From Nemertoderma westbladi (lineage: Eukaryota; Animalia; Xenacoelomorpha), in NCBI GenBank assembly GCA_032718475.1, contig JAUCBJ010005438.1, forward strand, positions 1 through 56,887: a stretch of 56,887 bases of DNA. Reading direction: 5' to 3'. The notes under the pieces were generated by a model. The model saw only the letters and a program-made list of their open reading frames with translations. It searched no databases and was not told the origin of the DNA. Below are positions 33,171 to 48,100 of the stretch, in pieces (the stretch's first letter is position 1; each line of letters begins with the position of its first letter). The translations under genes and the position numbers were made by a program.

Positions 33171-36100
33171 TCGATACAAACAGTGGGATAACCTCCTCTA
33201 CCTCTAGGACCGGAACTCCGGGCGCCACTTCCTCGTGGACACCAGCGCCCAGGTGAGTGTGTTCCCCGCCAGTGGATTCGACACCCGTTCTGGACGTACT
33301 GGGCCGCCGCTCCGCGCCGTCAATGGATCACCGATTCGTTCCTACGGGACGCGCTCTATCCCCCTGCAGTTCAACGACCGGCGGACCCACTGGGACTTCG
33401 TCATCGCAGACGTTGCCCAACCGTTGCTTGGGGCTGATTTCATCTGCGACCACGCCCTGTTGGTTGACGTTAAGGGGCAGCAACTCATCGACATGGAAAC
33501 TTTCCAGCTGATCCCCCTCCGTTGCTCCTCCTCCACCATCCCGGGAACCCATCCTCACCTCGCGTCGACCTCCGTGGACCTAGTTTACTCCGACCTCCTG
33601 GCGGAGTTCCCCGCCATCACGACGCCAACCTTCTCGGACTCGTCCACTCGTCATGGCGTGGAGCATTACATTCCGACCACTGGTCCTCCCGTTCACGCCC
33701 GCCCCCGTCGACACCCTCTCGATAAACTCGAGATCGTGCATGAAGAGTTCCGCAAGATGGAGGTGATGGGGATTATTCACCGTTCGAATAGCCCCTGGTC
33801 GTCTCCCCTCCACATGGCGCCCAAACCAAACGGCAGTTGGCGGCCCTGCGGCGACTACCGTCTCCTCAATGACGCCACGACCCCCGATCGGTACCCTGTC
33901 CCACACATCCAGGACTTCTCGGTGCGACTCGCAGGGGCCACGATATTCTCCAAGGTCAATCTGGTGCGGGGCTACCACCAGATCCCCGTGGCGCCCGGAG
34001 ATGTTCCCAAGACCGCCATTGTCACTCCGTTCGGCCTCTTCGAATTCGTTCGTATGCCGCTCGGCCTCAGGAACGCCACCCAGGCCTTCCAACGCCTGAT
34101 GGACTCTGTGTGCTCCGGGCTGGACTTCCTCTGCATGTACCTCGACGATATCCTCATCGCGAGTGCAACCCCCGAGGAACACCTCGCCCATCTGCGTCAA
34201 CTCTTCCAGCGGCTCCAAGACTACGGCCTTGTTGTCAACCTTGCGAAGTGTGTGTTCAGGGTGGCGGAAATCCAGTTCCTGGGCCACGTCGTAAATGCAT
34301 CCGGCGCCCATCCGCTCCCCGATAAGGTAGAAGCCATCCGCTCCTTCCCGCGTCCAACCACCACCAAAGGGTTGCAGGAGTTTATCGGTATGGTAACGTT
34401 TTACCACTGATTTATACCCGCAGCTGCTGCCGCACTGCAGCCACTTTACGCCGCCGTCGCCACCAAGGCTAAGGACATCGACTGGACTCCCGAACTAGCC
34501 GCATCCTTCGAGTCCTCAAAGCGGGCCCTCGCAAACGCCGCCATGCTCGTCCACCCTCGCCACGATGCGCCGACCTCCGTCACCACCGACGCATCAGACT
34601 CAGCTGTCGGCGCGGCTCTAGAGCAGTGGACCGATGGCAAGTGGCGGCCGCTCGCATTCTTCAGCCAACAACTTCGCCCTCCCGAACGGAAGTACAGGGC
34701 CTACGACCGCGAACTCCTCGGCTTATACCCCGCGGTCCGCCACTTCCATTATTTCTCGAAGGCCGAACGTTTGTGGCCTACACGGACCATAAACCCCTAA
34801 CTCAGGCCTTGTCAAAGGTCACTGACCCCTGGTCCCCCCGTCAACAGCGCCACCTGGCATACATCTCGGAATTCACCACGAATGTACGCCACGTAGACAG
34901 AAAGGACAACCAGGTTGCGGACGCCCTCTCTCACAGCTTCGTGGGCCATCTGTCGACCCAACTCGGGGTCGACTATAAGGCCATGTCGGCCGCCCAATGG
35001 GAGGACGACGAACTCCAGGCCTTCCGGGCAAACCCTGGTAGCCTCGTTCTACATGACGTCACACTCGCGGATGATGACGTCACGCTCATCTGTGACGTCT
35101 CTACGGGCCAACCTCGGCCGATAGTCCCCAGCACGTGGCGCCGCCACATGTTCGATGTGGTCCATTCGCTGTCCCACCCATCAATCCGCTCCACTAGGAA
35201 ACTCCTCTCCGAGCATTTCGTCTGGCACGGCCTGTCCAAACAAATGACGAGCTGGGCCAAGGCTTGCGTCGCCTGCCAGACCTCTAAAGTTCAACGCCAT
35301 ATAAAGGCCCCCCTCGAGACATTCTCTGCTCCTCGACGCCGGTTCGACCATGTCAACGTCGACCTGGTAGGGCCCCTCCCTCCATCCAGAGGCTCCACCT
35401 ACCTGTTTACGATCGTCGACCGGACTACTCATTGGCCCGAGGCCATCCCGCTCGCCGACTCCACAACCGAGAGCTGCGCCCGCGCTCTCGTCGCCCATTG
35501 GATTGCCCGGTTCGGCGTACCGGTCGAACTATCCTCCGACCGCGGCAGTCAGTTCACCTCGGAGTTGTGGGCCGACGTCAACAGACTCTTCGGCATCAAA
35601 CTCCACCGGACGACGGCCTACCATCCGCAGGCAAACGGCCTGGTGGAACGGTTCCACCTTTCCCTCAAGGCCTCCCTTAGAGCCCGACTAACTGGACCAA
35701 ACTGGGTCGACGAACTGCCATGGGCCCTTCTGGGCTACCAGACCACCCCCAAAGAGGACCTCCACTGCTCATCGGCCAAGCTGGTCTATGGCGAGCCACT
35801 CACGGTGCCTGGCGACTTCGTTGCCTCGCCAACCGACCCTCTGAACTCGGCAGCTTTCCTCCCGGGCCTCCACAACCACGCACGGCAGTTCATGCCCACA
35901 CCAACCTCCCGTCATGGCCAACCCAACTCGTCAGTGCCGTCACAACTAACAACCAGTGACTATGTCTTTTTACGCACTGACGCTCACCGCGCCCCCTTAC
36001 AGCGGCCCTACACCGGGCCGTACAAGGTCGTACAGCGCGGCTCAAAGACGTTCGTCATCGAGGTGGGCGGGCGTCAGGAGACCGTCTCCATCGACAGACT

Positions 36101-36287
36101 CAAACCGGCCCACCTCGCTATCGATGAACCCGTCATTGTAGCCATCCCACCGCGCCGTGGTCGACCACCTACAGTGACACCCCCGGACCTCCCTCCCCCC
36201 AGTCCCTGCAATTCACCCGAACCACCGCAAACTACCATAGCAACTCGAAGTGGGTGGGCCATCCAGCAGTCGGACTATTTTTATTAA
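33130..36287 (+). pseudogene. pol: pol (PR-RT-RH-IN) of CsRN1-like element, with stops and a frameshift
   Basis: [67 protein letters not shown] near 33205, TGA at 34408-34410, frameshift near 34755. Confidence 0.9.
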
Positions 36288-36308
36288 TTCAGGTTCTGGG
36301 GGGAGCCA

Positions 36309-36541
36309 TGTAGTGGCCATATATATATATATTAGGGGTCATCGAACCTGAATTGAACTAATACTGTTGTACCTTACTGCAGTATGCACCATCACTGTGC
36401 ACTGTATCAACTTTCGGTTTCATGGAAACTATTGTTACAGTCAGACAGTGGCTGTACCTGTAGTCATTACTAATACTGGTTTTACTTACTGCTGTACTGA
36501 CTCATGTAAATATTAAACGTTGAGAGACTACGCTCTCTACA
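36309..36541 (+). repeat. 3' LTR of CsRN1-like element
   Basis: Differs from the 5' LTR by about two small indels. Confidence 0.93.
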
Positions 36542-36581
36542 CTATATTCTTTAATTATTCTTATATTATTTAAAATGTCTA

Positions 36582-37080
36582 TGGAAATCAGAATGGGTTC
36601 CGTAAAGGTCGTGGGACCATGGAGCCCATTTTGGCACTTATAAGGATAATTGAAGAGGTATCAAAAAAGAAAGACAGGCACCTGGCTGTTATCTTTGTGG
36701 ACTTCTTCAAGGCCTTAGATTCAGTCTCTCGCTCATGTATGTTCAGCATACTTTCATTATATGGGATTCCTGATGAAATTATTGCAGCAATCAGATCAGT
36801 ATACGATGGTTCGACAACATTTGGTTCCCCAAGCTTGACACTAGAACAAAATCGCCTCCGCTTTGCAGGACATTGCTTTCGCCGTGACGACCAGCCAGTG
36901 CATAATCTTGTACTTTGGCAGCCTCATGGAGTGAATAAGCATGGTGGACAGCCCATGACTTTCTTGAGACGCATCTTAAAGGACACTGGCCTTGAAGATG
37001 CGGATGATCTAGCAAATGTCATGGGTGATAGGGAGTTGTGGCGGCGCAAATTTGTCGATACGCCGCCACAGTATTCTTAA
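36582..37080 (+). mobile_element. RTE-like LINE fragment B with internal deletion, retaining the ORF end
   Basis: Near-identical to ~30835-31076 joined to ~31837-31966, then continuing to ..DRELWRR..TAA. Confidence 0.88.
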
Positions 37081-37673
37081 AAATGCAGTTGAAATGCAGC
37101 ATGCCACTCCTAGTAGTAGAGCAAGATATAATGTTTGGTGGTGATGAAACCTAATCTAGAATAGTGGAATCACTGGAACAGGCAATGATGAGAGAAAAAC
37201 AATAATTGAAATTTAGATTTGGAAATAATTGGAGAAACCATAGACACATGTGGCAGCCATTGCTGATAATTCCCTTAGGATACATACGCATCTACTGCAT
37301 TATTGCAATCATATTGAGTTGTCAGCAGACTGTAAGTTAATGGGTTTTACAGCACATCTCCATAAATAGGCCAGAGGCTGTAGACGTAGTTAGGCTGCTG
37401 CTGCGCTACATGCGGTACACTACCGTTAGTACGTTAAAGTTCTCAAGTTAAATTATATATGTACTGTATGAATCAAGAGCTGTTCTAAATAACCTAATAT
37501 CAAATATCTCTCACTTAAATTGATACAAGCCTTCCTGTGGAATTCCCCACAGGCTGACATTCTCAAAACCATAGGCCTAACTTCTGCCATGGGAGTTTTA
37601 TTTTCGAGTTTACTGGTTTAGTACTGTTTTCTACAATTTTAAAAATAATGAGCATATAACATGACATTGACAT

Positions 37674-37739
37674 GATATTTCATTGTCAGTGGGGAAAAAA
37701 CAGGATATTTCATTGTCAGTGGGGAAAAAACAGGATATT
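37674..37739. repeat. 30-bp perfect tandem duplication
   Basis: gatatttcattgtcagtggggaaaaaacag x2.2. Confidence 0.9.
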
Positions 37740-38002
37740 AATAATAAGGTTCAACATCAGCAGGGATGAGCAGATAATCACTTATTAATGATTTTCTGTT
37801 TCCCAAAGGAGCTAATTAATGATAATGTATTTTTCTTATACTCTTCTTATATTTTTCTTATACCCTTCTTATACAGTATTCCAATTTCAGCTGGGGCATC
37901 ATCAGTAGATAGTGGTTTCTTCTTAGATTACACGATATTACCTGTCTATTAGCTGTCAACTACTAAGAAATGGTGAAATCTTCGACAAGGTATGAACTTC
38001 AT

Positions 38003-38915
38003 CCAAAGATAACAGCCAGATGCCTGTCTTTCTTTTTTGATAACTCTTTAATTATCCTTCTAAGTGCCAAAATGGGCTCCATGGTACCACGACCTTTACG
38101 GAACCCATTCTGATTTCCACGGAGCAGTCTCTCAATGGGATCCCTGATGCGATTTAATAGAATTCTATTGTATAGCTTTGCAGCAATCGAGATCAATGAG
38201 ATTCCCCGAAAAGAACCATAGAGTGTTAGGTTGCCCTTCTTGGGAACTGGCACCAACTTATTTGTTTTCATTTCTTGTGGGACTCTTGTTGTACGGTACA
38301 TGTCTACTATGATGGGATAGATGAGCTTTAAACACTCAGGTATTTTAAAGACCACATGGGGAACACGATCTCTTCCACTGGCACGATTGGTCTTAATGCT
38401 CTTTGCAGCAGCCTTCACTTCTGCAAAGGAGATATTGCCAATGTGAATATCTGGGAGTACAGACTCAGACACTTTTACTTCTATAAAGTTATCAGGCAAT
38501 ACCCTGTCATTATTGAGGAGCTTTTCCAAGTGGACCTTCCAACCATTGAGGCGATCAGCTGGTGATTCAGCCTTAACCTTGGTGGTTGGTTGGCTTTTCT
38601 TTCCGCCCAGTAAGCAAGTTGATCGATTTCCATGCCTGGGATGATTGCCTGCTGTTGCCAGCATCATTGATTGCATCAACCTGTTGGTTTATTAGCTCCT
38701 GCAGATTAACAAAGTACTGCCTGTTCAGGGACCTAGATGCAGCCTTAACTGCATTCTTGGCCGCTGTAGTCTGTTTGAGTCAGGACACTTTCTGTGCCTT
38801 ATAGAGGTCATTTCGGAACTTTTGTGATCAGTCCAGGGGGCCCTTTTCCTGTTTCGATGGTATACAGGAACTGTTTCTACAGCTTCTAATTTAACTGCTT
38901 CTGTGAAGGCCGTGA
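38003..38915 (-). mobile_element. RTE-like LINE fragment C, inverted
   Basis: Reverse complement of ~30225-30950 (ORF 37999-38679), extending further 5' than fragment A. Right boundary approximate. Confidence 0.88.
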
Positions 38916-39189
38916 TCTGCCGCCTCAGAGGCAAGAACCCCATACCTGTTGCTCAGCTGTAGTGTGAAGCTGGATCTCATACTTGGCTGTAAGGCGGCCA
39001 ATAAGGCGGTGGTCACTGGAGAAGGGTCGAAGTGTAAATGCATTACAGTCTTGTATAGAGCTTATTTATTTCCTACGAAACAGAATATGGTCTATATGGG
39101 ACTTGTGACCACTGGGTCCCTATGAGTCCATAGCTTTCCAATTCGCTTCTTAAACTGGGTTCCAGCCAAAAACAATCCTTTTGCAGAGA

Positions 39190-42100
39190 TCGACGACACA
39201 AAGGTAGTGAGACCGTAATCAACCCCTATCTACAAGGACGATGACACCACCGTACACAACTCCTATCTACAAGGACGACGACACAAAGGTAGTGAGACTG
39301 TACACAACTCCTATCTACGAGGACGACGACACAAAGGTAGTGAGACTGTACACAACTCCTATCTACGAGGACGACGACACAACCGTACACAACCCCTATC
39401 TACGAGGACGATCGACACAAAGGAGTGACACGTACACAACCCCTATCTACGAGGACGATCGACACAAAGGGAGTGACACCGTACACAACCCCTATCTACG
39501 AGGACGATGACACAACCGTACACAACCCCTATCTACGAGGACGATGACACAACCGTACACAACCCCTATCTACGAGGACGATGACACAACCGTACACAAC
39601 TCCTATCTACGAGGACGACGACACAAAGGTAGTGAGACTGTACACAACTCCTATCTACAAGGACGACGACACAAAGGTAGTGAGACTGTACACAACTCCT
39701 ATCTACGAGGACGACGACACAAAGGTAGTGAGACTGTACACAACCCCTATCTACGAGGACGACGACACAGGAGGAGCTGTACACAACCCCTATCTACGAG
39801 GACGATGACACAACCGTACACAACCCCTATCTACGAGGACGATGACACAACCGTACACAACCCCTATCTACGAGGACGACGACACAAAGGTAGTGAGACT
39901 GTACACAACCCCTATCTACGAGGACGATGACACAACCGTACACAACCCCTATCTACGAGGACAATGACACAACCGTACACAACCCCTATCTATGAGGGCG
40001 ATGACACAACCGTACACAACCCCTATCTACGAGGACGATGACACAACCGTACACAACCCCTATCTACGAGGACAATGACACAACCGTACACAACCCCTAT
40101 CTACGAGGACGATGACACAACCGTACACAACCCCTATCTACGAGGACGATGACACAACCGTACACAACCCCTATCTACGAGGACAATGACACAACCGTAC
40201 ACAACCCCTATCTACGAGGACGATGACACAACCGTACACAACCCCTATCTACGAGGACGATGACACAACCGTACACAACCCCTATCTACGAGGACAATGA
40301 CACAACCGTACACAACCCCTATCTACGAGGACGATGACACAACCGTACACAACCCCTATCTATGAGGATGATGACACAACCGTACACAACCCCTATCTAC
40401 GAGGACGATGACACAACCGTACACAACCCCTATCTACGAGGACAATGACACAACCGTACACAACCCCTATCTACGAGGGCGATGACACAACCGTACACAA
40501 CCCCTATCTACGAGGACAATGACACAACCGTACACAACCCCTATCTACGAGGACAATGACACAACCGTACACAACCCCTATCTACGAGGACGATGACACA
40601 ACCGTACACAACCCCTATCTACGAGGACAATGACACAACCGTACACAACCCCTATCTACGAGGACGATGACACAACCGTACACAACCCCTATCTACGAGG
40701 ACGATGACACAACCGTACACAACCCCTATCTACGAGGACAATGACACAACCGTACACAACCCCTATCTACGAGGACGATGACACAACCGTACACAACCCC
40801 TATCTACGAGGACAATGACACAACCGTACACAACCCCTATCTACGAGGACGATGACACAACCGTACACAACCCCTATCTACGAGGGCGATGACACAACCG
40901 TACACAACCCCTATCTACGAGGACAATGACACAACCGTACACAACCCCTATCTACGAGGGCGATGACACAACCGTACACAACCCCTATCTACGAGGACGA
41001 TGACACAACCGTACACAACCCCTATCTACGAGGACAATGACACAACCGTACACAACCCCTATCTACGAGGACAATGACACAACCGTACACAACCCCTATC
41101 TACGAGGACAATGACACAACCGTACACAACCCCTATCTACGAGGACAATGACACAACCGTACACAACCCCTATCTACGAGGACGATGACACAACCGTACA
41201 CAACCCCTATCTACGAGGACAATGACACAACCGTACACAACCCCTATCTACGAGGACGATGACACAACCGTACACAACCCCTATCTACGAGGACAATGAC
41301 ACAACCGTACACAACCCCTATCTACGAGGACAATGACACAACCGTACACAACCCCTATCTACGAGGACAATGACACAACCGTACACAACCCCTATCTACG
41401 AGGACAATGACACAACCGTACACAACCCCTATCTACGAGGACGATGACACAACCGTACACAACCCCTATCTACGAGGACAATGACACAACCGTACACAAC
41501 CCCTATCTACGAGGACAATGACACAACCGTACACAACCCCTATCTACGAGGACAATGACACAACCGTACACAACCCCTATCTACGAGGACGATGACACAA
41601 CCGTACACAACCCCTATCTACGAGGACAATGACACAACCGTACACAACCCCTATCTACGAGGACGATGACACAACCGTACACAACCCCTATCTACGAGGA
41701 CGATGACACAACCGTACACAACCCCTATCTACGAGGACGATGACACAACCGTACACAACCCCTATCTACGAGGACGATGACACAACCGTACACAACCCCT
41801 ATCTACGAGGACAATGACACAACCGTACACAACCCCTATCTACGAGGACAATGACACAACCGTACACAACCCCTATCTACGAGGACAATGACACAACCGT
41901 ACACAACCCCTATCTACGAGGACGATGACACAACCGTACACAACCCCTATCTACGAGGACAATGACACAACCGTACACAACCCCTATCTACGAGGACGAT
42001 GACACAACCGTACACAACCCCTATCTACGAGGACAATGACACAACCGTACACAACCCCTATCTACGAGGACAATGACACAACCGTACACAACCCCTATCT

Positions 42101-45100
42101 ACGAGGACGATGACACAACCGTACACAACCCCTATCTACGAGGACAATGACACAACCGTACACAACCCCTATCTACGAGGACAATGACACAACCGTACAC
42201 AACCCCTATCTACGAGGACGATGACACAACCGTACACAACCCCTATCTACGAGGACAATGACACAACCGTACACAACCCCTATCTACGAGGACGATGACA
42301 CAACCGTACACAACCCCTATCTACGAGGACAATGACACAACCGTACACAACCCCTATCTACGAGGGCGATGACACAACCGTACACAACCCCTATCTACGA
42401 GGACGATGACACAACCGTACACAACCCCTATCTACGAGGACAATGACACAACCGTACACAACCCCTATCTACGAGGACAATGACACAACCGTACACAACC
42501 CCTATCTACGAGGACAATGACACAACCGTACACAACCCCTATCTACGAGGACAATGACACAACCGTACACAACCCCTATCTACGAGGACGATGAAACAAC
42601 CGTACACAACCCCTATCTACGAGGACAATGACACAACCGTACACAACCCCTATCTACGAGGACGATGACACAACCGTACACAACCCCTATCTACGAGGAC
42701 AATGACACAACCGTACACAACCCCTATCTACGAGGACAATGACACAACCGTACACAACCCCTATCTACGAGGACGATGACACAACCGTACACAACCCCTA
42801 TCTACGAGGACAATGACACAACCGTACACAACCCCTATCTACGAGGACAATGACACAACCGTACACAACCCCTATCTACGAGGACGATGAAACAACCGTA
42901 CACAACCCCTATCTACGAGGACAATGACACAACCGTACACAACCCCTATCTACGAGGACAATGACACAACCGTACACAACCCCTATCTACGAGGACAATG
43001 ACACAACCGTACACAACCCCTATCTACGAGGACAATGACACAACCGTACACAACCCCTATCTACGAGGACGATGACACAACCGTACACAACCCCTATCTA
43101 CGAGGGCGATGACACAACCGTACACAACCCCTATCTACGAGGACGATGAAACAACCGTACACAACCCCTATCTACGAGGACAATGACACAACCGTACACA
43201 ACCCCTATCTACGAGGGCGATGACACAACCGTACACAACCCCTATCTACGAGGACGATGAAACAACCGTACACAACCCCTATCTACGAGGACGATGACAC
43301 AACCGTACACAACCCCTATCTACGAGGGCGATGACACAACCGTACACAACCCCTATCTACGAGGACGATGACACAACCGTACACAACCCCTATCTACGAG
43401 GACGATGACACAACCGTACACAACCCCTATCTACGAGGACAATGACACAACCGTACACAACCCCTATCTACGAGGGCGATGACACAACCGTACACAACCC
43501 CTATCTACGAGGACGATGACACAACCGTACACAACCCCTATCTACGAGGACAATGACACAACCGTACACAACCCCTATCTACGAGGACGATGACACAACC
43601 GTACACAACCCCTATCTACGAGGACGATGAAACAACCGTACACAACCCCTATCTACGAGGACAATGACACAACCGTACACAACCCCTATCTACGAGGGCG
43701 ATGACACAACCGTACACAACCCATATCGACGAGGAGGATGACACAACCGTACACAACCCCTATCTACGAGGACAATGACACAACCGTACACAACCCCTAT
43801 CTACGAGGACGATGACACAACCGTACACAACCCCTATCTACGAGGACAATGACACAACCGTACACAACCCCTATCTACGAGGACGATGACACAACCGTAC
43901 ACAACCCCTATCTACGAGGACAATGACACAACCGTACACAACCCCTATCTACGAGGACGATGACACAACCGTACACAACCCCTATCTACGAGGACAATGA
44001 CACAACCGTACACAACCCCTATCTACGAGGGCGATGACACAACCGTACACAACCCCTATCTACGAGGACGATGACACAACCGTACACAACCCCTATCTAC
44101 GAGGACGATGACACAACCGTACACAACCCCTATCTACGAGGACAATGACACAACCGTACACAACCCCTATCTACGAGGGCGATGACACAACCGTACACAA
44201 CCCCTATCTACGAGGAGGATGACACAACCGTACACAACCCCTATCTACGAGGACGATGACACAACCGTACACAACCCCTATCTACGAGGACGATGACACA
44301 ACCGTACACAACCCCTATCTACGAGGACGATGACACAACCGTACACAACCCCTATCTACGAGGACAATGACACAACCGTACACAACCCCTATCTACGAGG
44401 GCGATGACACAACCGTACACAACCCCTATCTACGAGGACAATGACACAACCGTACACAACCCCTATCTACGAGGACAATGACACAACCGTACACAACCCC
44501 TATCTACGAGGACGATGACACAACCGTACACAACCCCTATCTACGAGGACGATGAAACAACCGTACACAACCCCTATCTACGAGGACAATGACACAACCG
44601 TACACAACCCCTATCTACGAGGACAATGACACAACCGTACACAACCCCTATCTACGAGGACGATGACACAACCGTACACAACCCCTATCTACGAGGGCGA
44701 TGACACAACCGTACACAACCCCTATCTACGAGGACAATGACACAACCGTACACAACCCCTATCTACGAGGACAATGACACAACCGTACACAACCCCTATC
44801 TACGAGGACGATGACACAACCGTACACAACCCCTATCTACGAGGACGATGACACAACCGTACACAACCCCTATCTACGAGGACAATGACACAACCGTACA
44901 CAACCCCTATCTACGAGGACGATGACACAACCGTACACAACCCCTATCTACGAGGACGATGACACAACCGTACACAACCCCTATCTACGAGGACGATGAC
45001 ACAACCGTACACAACCCCTATCTACGAGGACAATGACACAACCGTACACAACCCCTATCTACGAGGGCGATGACACAACCGTACACAACCCCTATCTACG

Positions 45101-48100
45101 AGGACAATGACACAACCGTACACAACCCCTATCTACGAGGACAATGACACAACCGTACACAACCCCTATCTACGAGGACGATGACACAACCGTACACAAC
45201 CCCTATCTACGAGGACGATGAAACAACCGTACACAACCCCTATCTACGAGGACAATGACACAACCGTACACAACCCCTATCTACGAGGGCGATGACACAA
45301 CCGTACACAACCCCTATCTACGAGGACGATGACACAACCGTACACAACCCCTATCTACGAGGACGATGACACAACCGTACACAACCCCTATCTACGAGGA
45401 CGATGACACAACCGTACACAACCCCTATCTACGAGGACGATGACACAACCGTACACAACCCCTATCTACGAGGACGATGACACAACCGTACACAACCCCT
45501 ATCTACGAGGACAATGACACAACCGTACACAACCCCTATCTACGAGGGCGATGACACAACCGTACACAACCCCTATCTACGAGGACGATGACACAACCGT
45601 ACACAACCCCTATCTACGAGGACAATGACACAACCGTACACAACCCCTATCTACGAGGGCGATGACACAACCGTACACAACCCCTATCTACGAGGACGAT
45701 GACACAACCGTACACAACCCCTATCTACGAGGACGATGAAACAACCGTACACAACCCCTATCTACGAGGACAATGACACAACCGTACACAACCCCTATCT
45801 ACGAGGGCGATGACACAACCGTACACAACCCCTATCTACGAGGACGATGACACAACCGTACACAACCCCTATCTACGAGGACGATGACACAACCGTACAC
45901 AACCCCTATCTACGAGGGCGATGACACAACCGTACACAACCCCTATCTACGAGGACGATGACACAACCGTACACAACCCCTATCTACGAGGACAATGACA
46001 CAACCGTACACAACCCCTATCTACGAGGACAATGACACAACCGTACACAACCCCTATCTACGAGGGCGATGACACAACCGTACACAACCCCTATCTACGA
46101 GGACGATGACACAACCGTACACAACCCCTATCTACGAGGACAATGACACAACCGTACACAACCCCTATCTACGAGGACGATGACACAACCGTACACAACC
46201 CCTATCTACGAGGACGATGACACAACCGTACACAACCCCTATCTACGAGGACAATGACACAACCGTACACAACCCCTATCTACGAGGACGATGACACAAC
46301 CGTACACAACCCCTATCTACGAGGAGGATGACACAACCGTACACAACCCCTATCTACGAGGACAATGACACAACCGTACACAACCCCTATCTACGAGGAC
46401 GATGACACAACCGTACACAACCCCTATCTACGAGGACGATGACACAACCGTACACAACCCCTATCTACGAGGACGATGACACAACCGTACACAACCCCTA
46501 TCTACGAGGACAATGACACAACCGTACACAACCCCTATCTACGAGGACGATGACACAACCGTACACAACCCCTATCTACGAGGACGATGACACAACCGTA
46601 CACAACCCCTATCTACGAGGACGATGAAACAACCGTACACAACCCCTATCTACGAGGACAATGACACAACCGTACACAACCCCTATCTACGAGGACGATG
46701 ACACAACCGTACACAACCCCTATCTACGAGGACGATGACACAACCGTACACAACCCCTATCTACGAGGACGATGACACAACCGTACACAACCCCTATCTA
46801 CGAGGACAATGACACAACCGTACACAACCCCTATCTACGAGGACGATGACACAACCGTACACAACCCCTATCTACGAGGACGATGACACAACCGTACACA
46901 ACCCCTATCTACGAGGACGATGACACAACCGTACACAACCCCTATCTACGAGGACGATGACACAACCGTACACAACCCCTATCTACGAGGACGATGACAC
47001 AACCGTACACAACCCCTATCTACGAGGACAATGACACAACCGTACACAACCCCTATCTACGAGGGCGATGACACAACCGTACACAACCCCTATCTACGAG
47101 GACAATGACACAACCGTACACAACCCCTATCTACGAGGACAATGACACAACCGTACACAACCCCTATCTACGAGGACAATGACACAACCGTACACAACCC
47201 CTATCTACGAGGACGATGACACAACCGTACACAACCCCTATCTACGAGGACGATGACACAACCGTACACAACCCCTATCTACGAGGACAATGACACAACC
47301 GTACACAACCCCTATCTACGAGGGCGATGACACAACCGTACACAACCCCTATCTACGAGGAGGATGACACAACCGTACACAACCCCTATCTACGAGGACG
47401 ATGACACAACCGTACACAACCCCTATCTACGAGGACAATGACACAACCGTACACAACCCCTATCTACGAGGGCGATGACACAACCGTACACAACCCCTAT
47501 CTACGAGGACGATGACACAACCGTACACAACCCCTATCTACGAGGACGATGACACAACCGTACACAACCCCTATCTACGAGGACGATGACACAACCGTAC
47601 ACAACCCCTATCTACGAGGACGATGACACAACCGTACACAACCCCTATCTACGAGGACAATGACACAACCGTACACAACCCCTATCTACGAGGACGATGA
47701 CACAACCGTACACAACCCCTATCTACGAGGACGATGACACAACCGTACACAACCCCTATCTACGAGGACAATGACACAACCGTACACAACCCCTATCTAC
47801 GAGGACGATGACACAACCGTACACAACCCCTATCTACGAGGACGATGACACAACCGTACACAACCCCTATCTACGAGGACGATGACACAACCGTACACAA
47901 CCCCTATCTACGAGGACAATGACACAACCGTACACAACCCCTATCTACGAGGGCGATGACACAACCGTACACAACCCCTATCTACGAGGGCGATGACACA
48001 ACCGTACACAACCGTACACAACCCCTATCTACGAGGACAATGACACAACCGTACACAACCCCTATCTACGAGGACAATGACACAACCGTACACAACCCCT

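Larger units (their letters stand above)
32174..36541 (+). mobile_element. Ty3/Gypsy LTR retrotransposon, CsRN1/Kabuki-like
   Basis: Near-identical LTRs 32174-32405 and 36309-36541 (TGTAG...CTACA); 4-bp TSD CTAT; PBS TGGTGACCC (tRNA-Trp type); PPT gggggagcca. Confidence 0.93.

Noticed and set aside
32459-36262. Numerous antisense and alternative-frame ORFs in the CsRN1-like element
   Set aside because: Expected shadows of GC-rich gag/pol sequence.
39241-39930. ORFs with YTTPIYEDDD repeats
   Set aside because: By-products of satellite translation; the 37-bp unit shifts frame and contains TGA.
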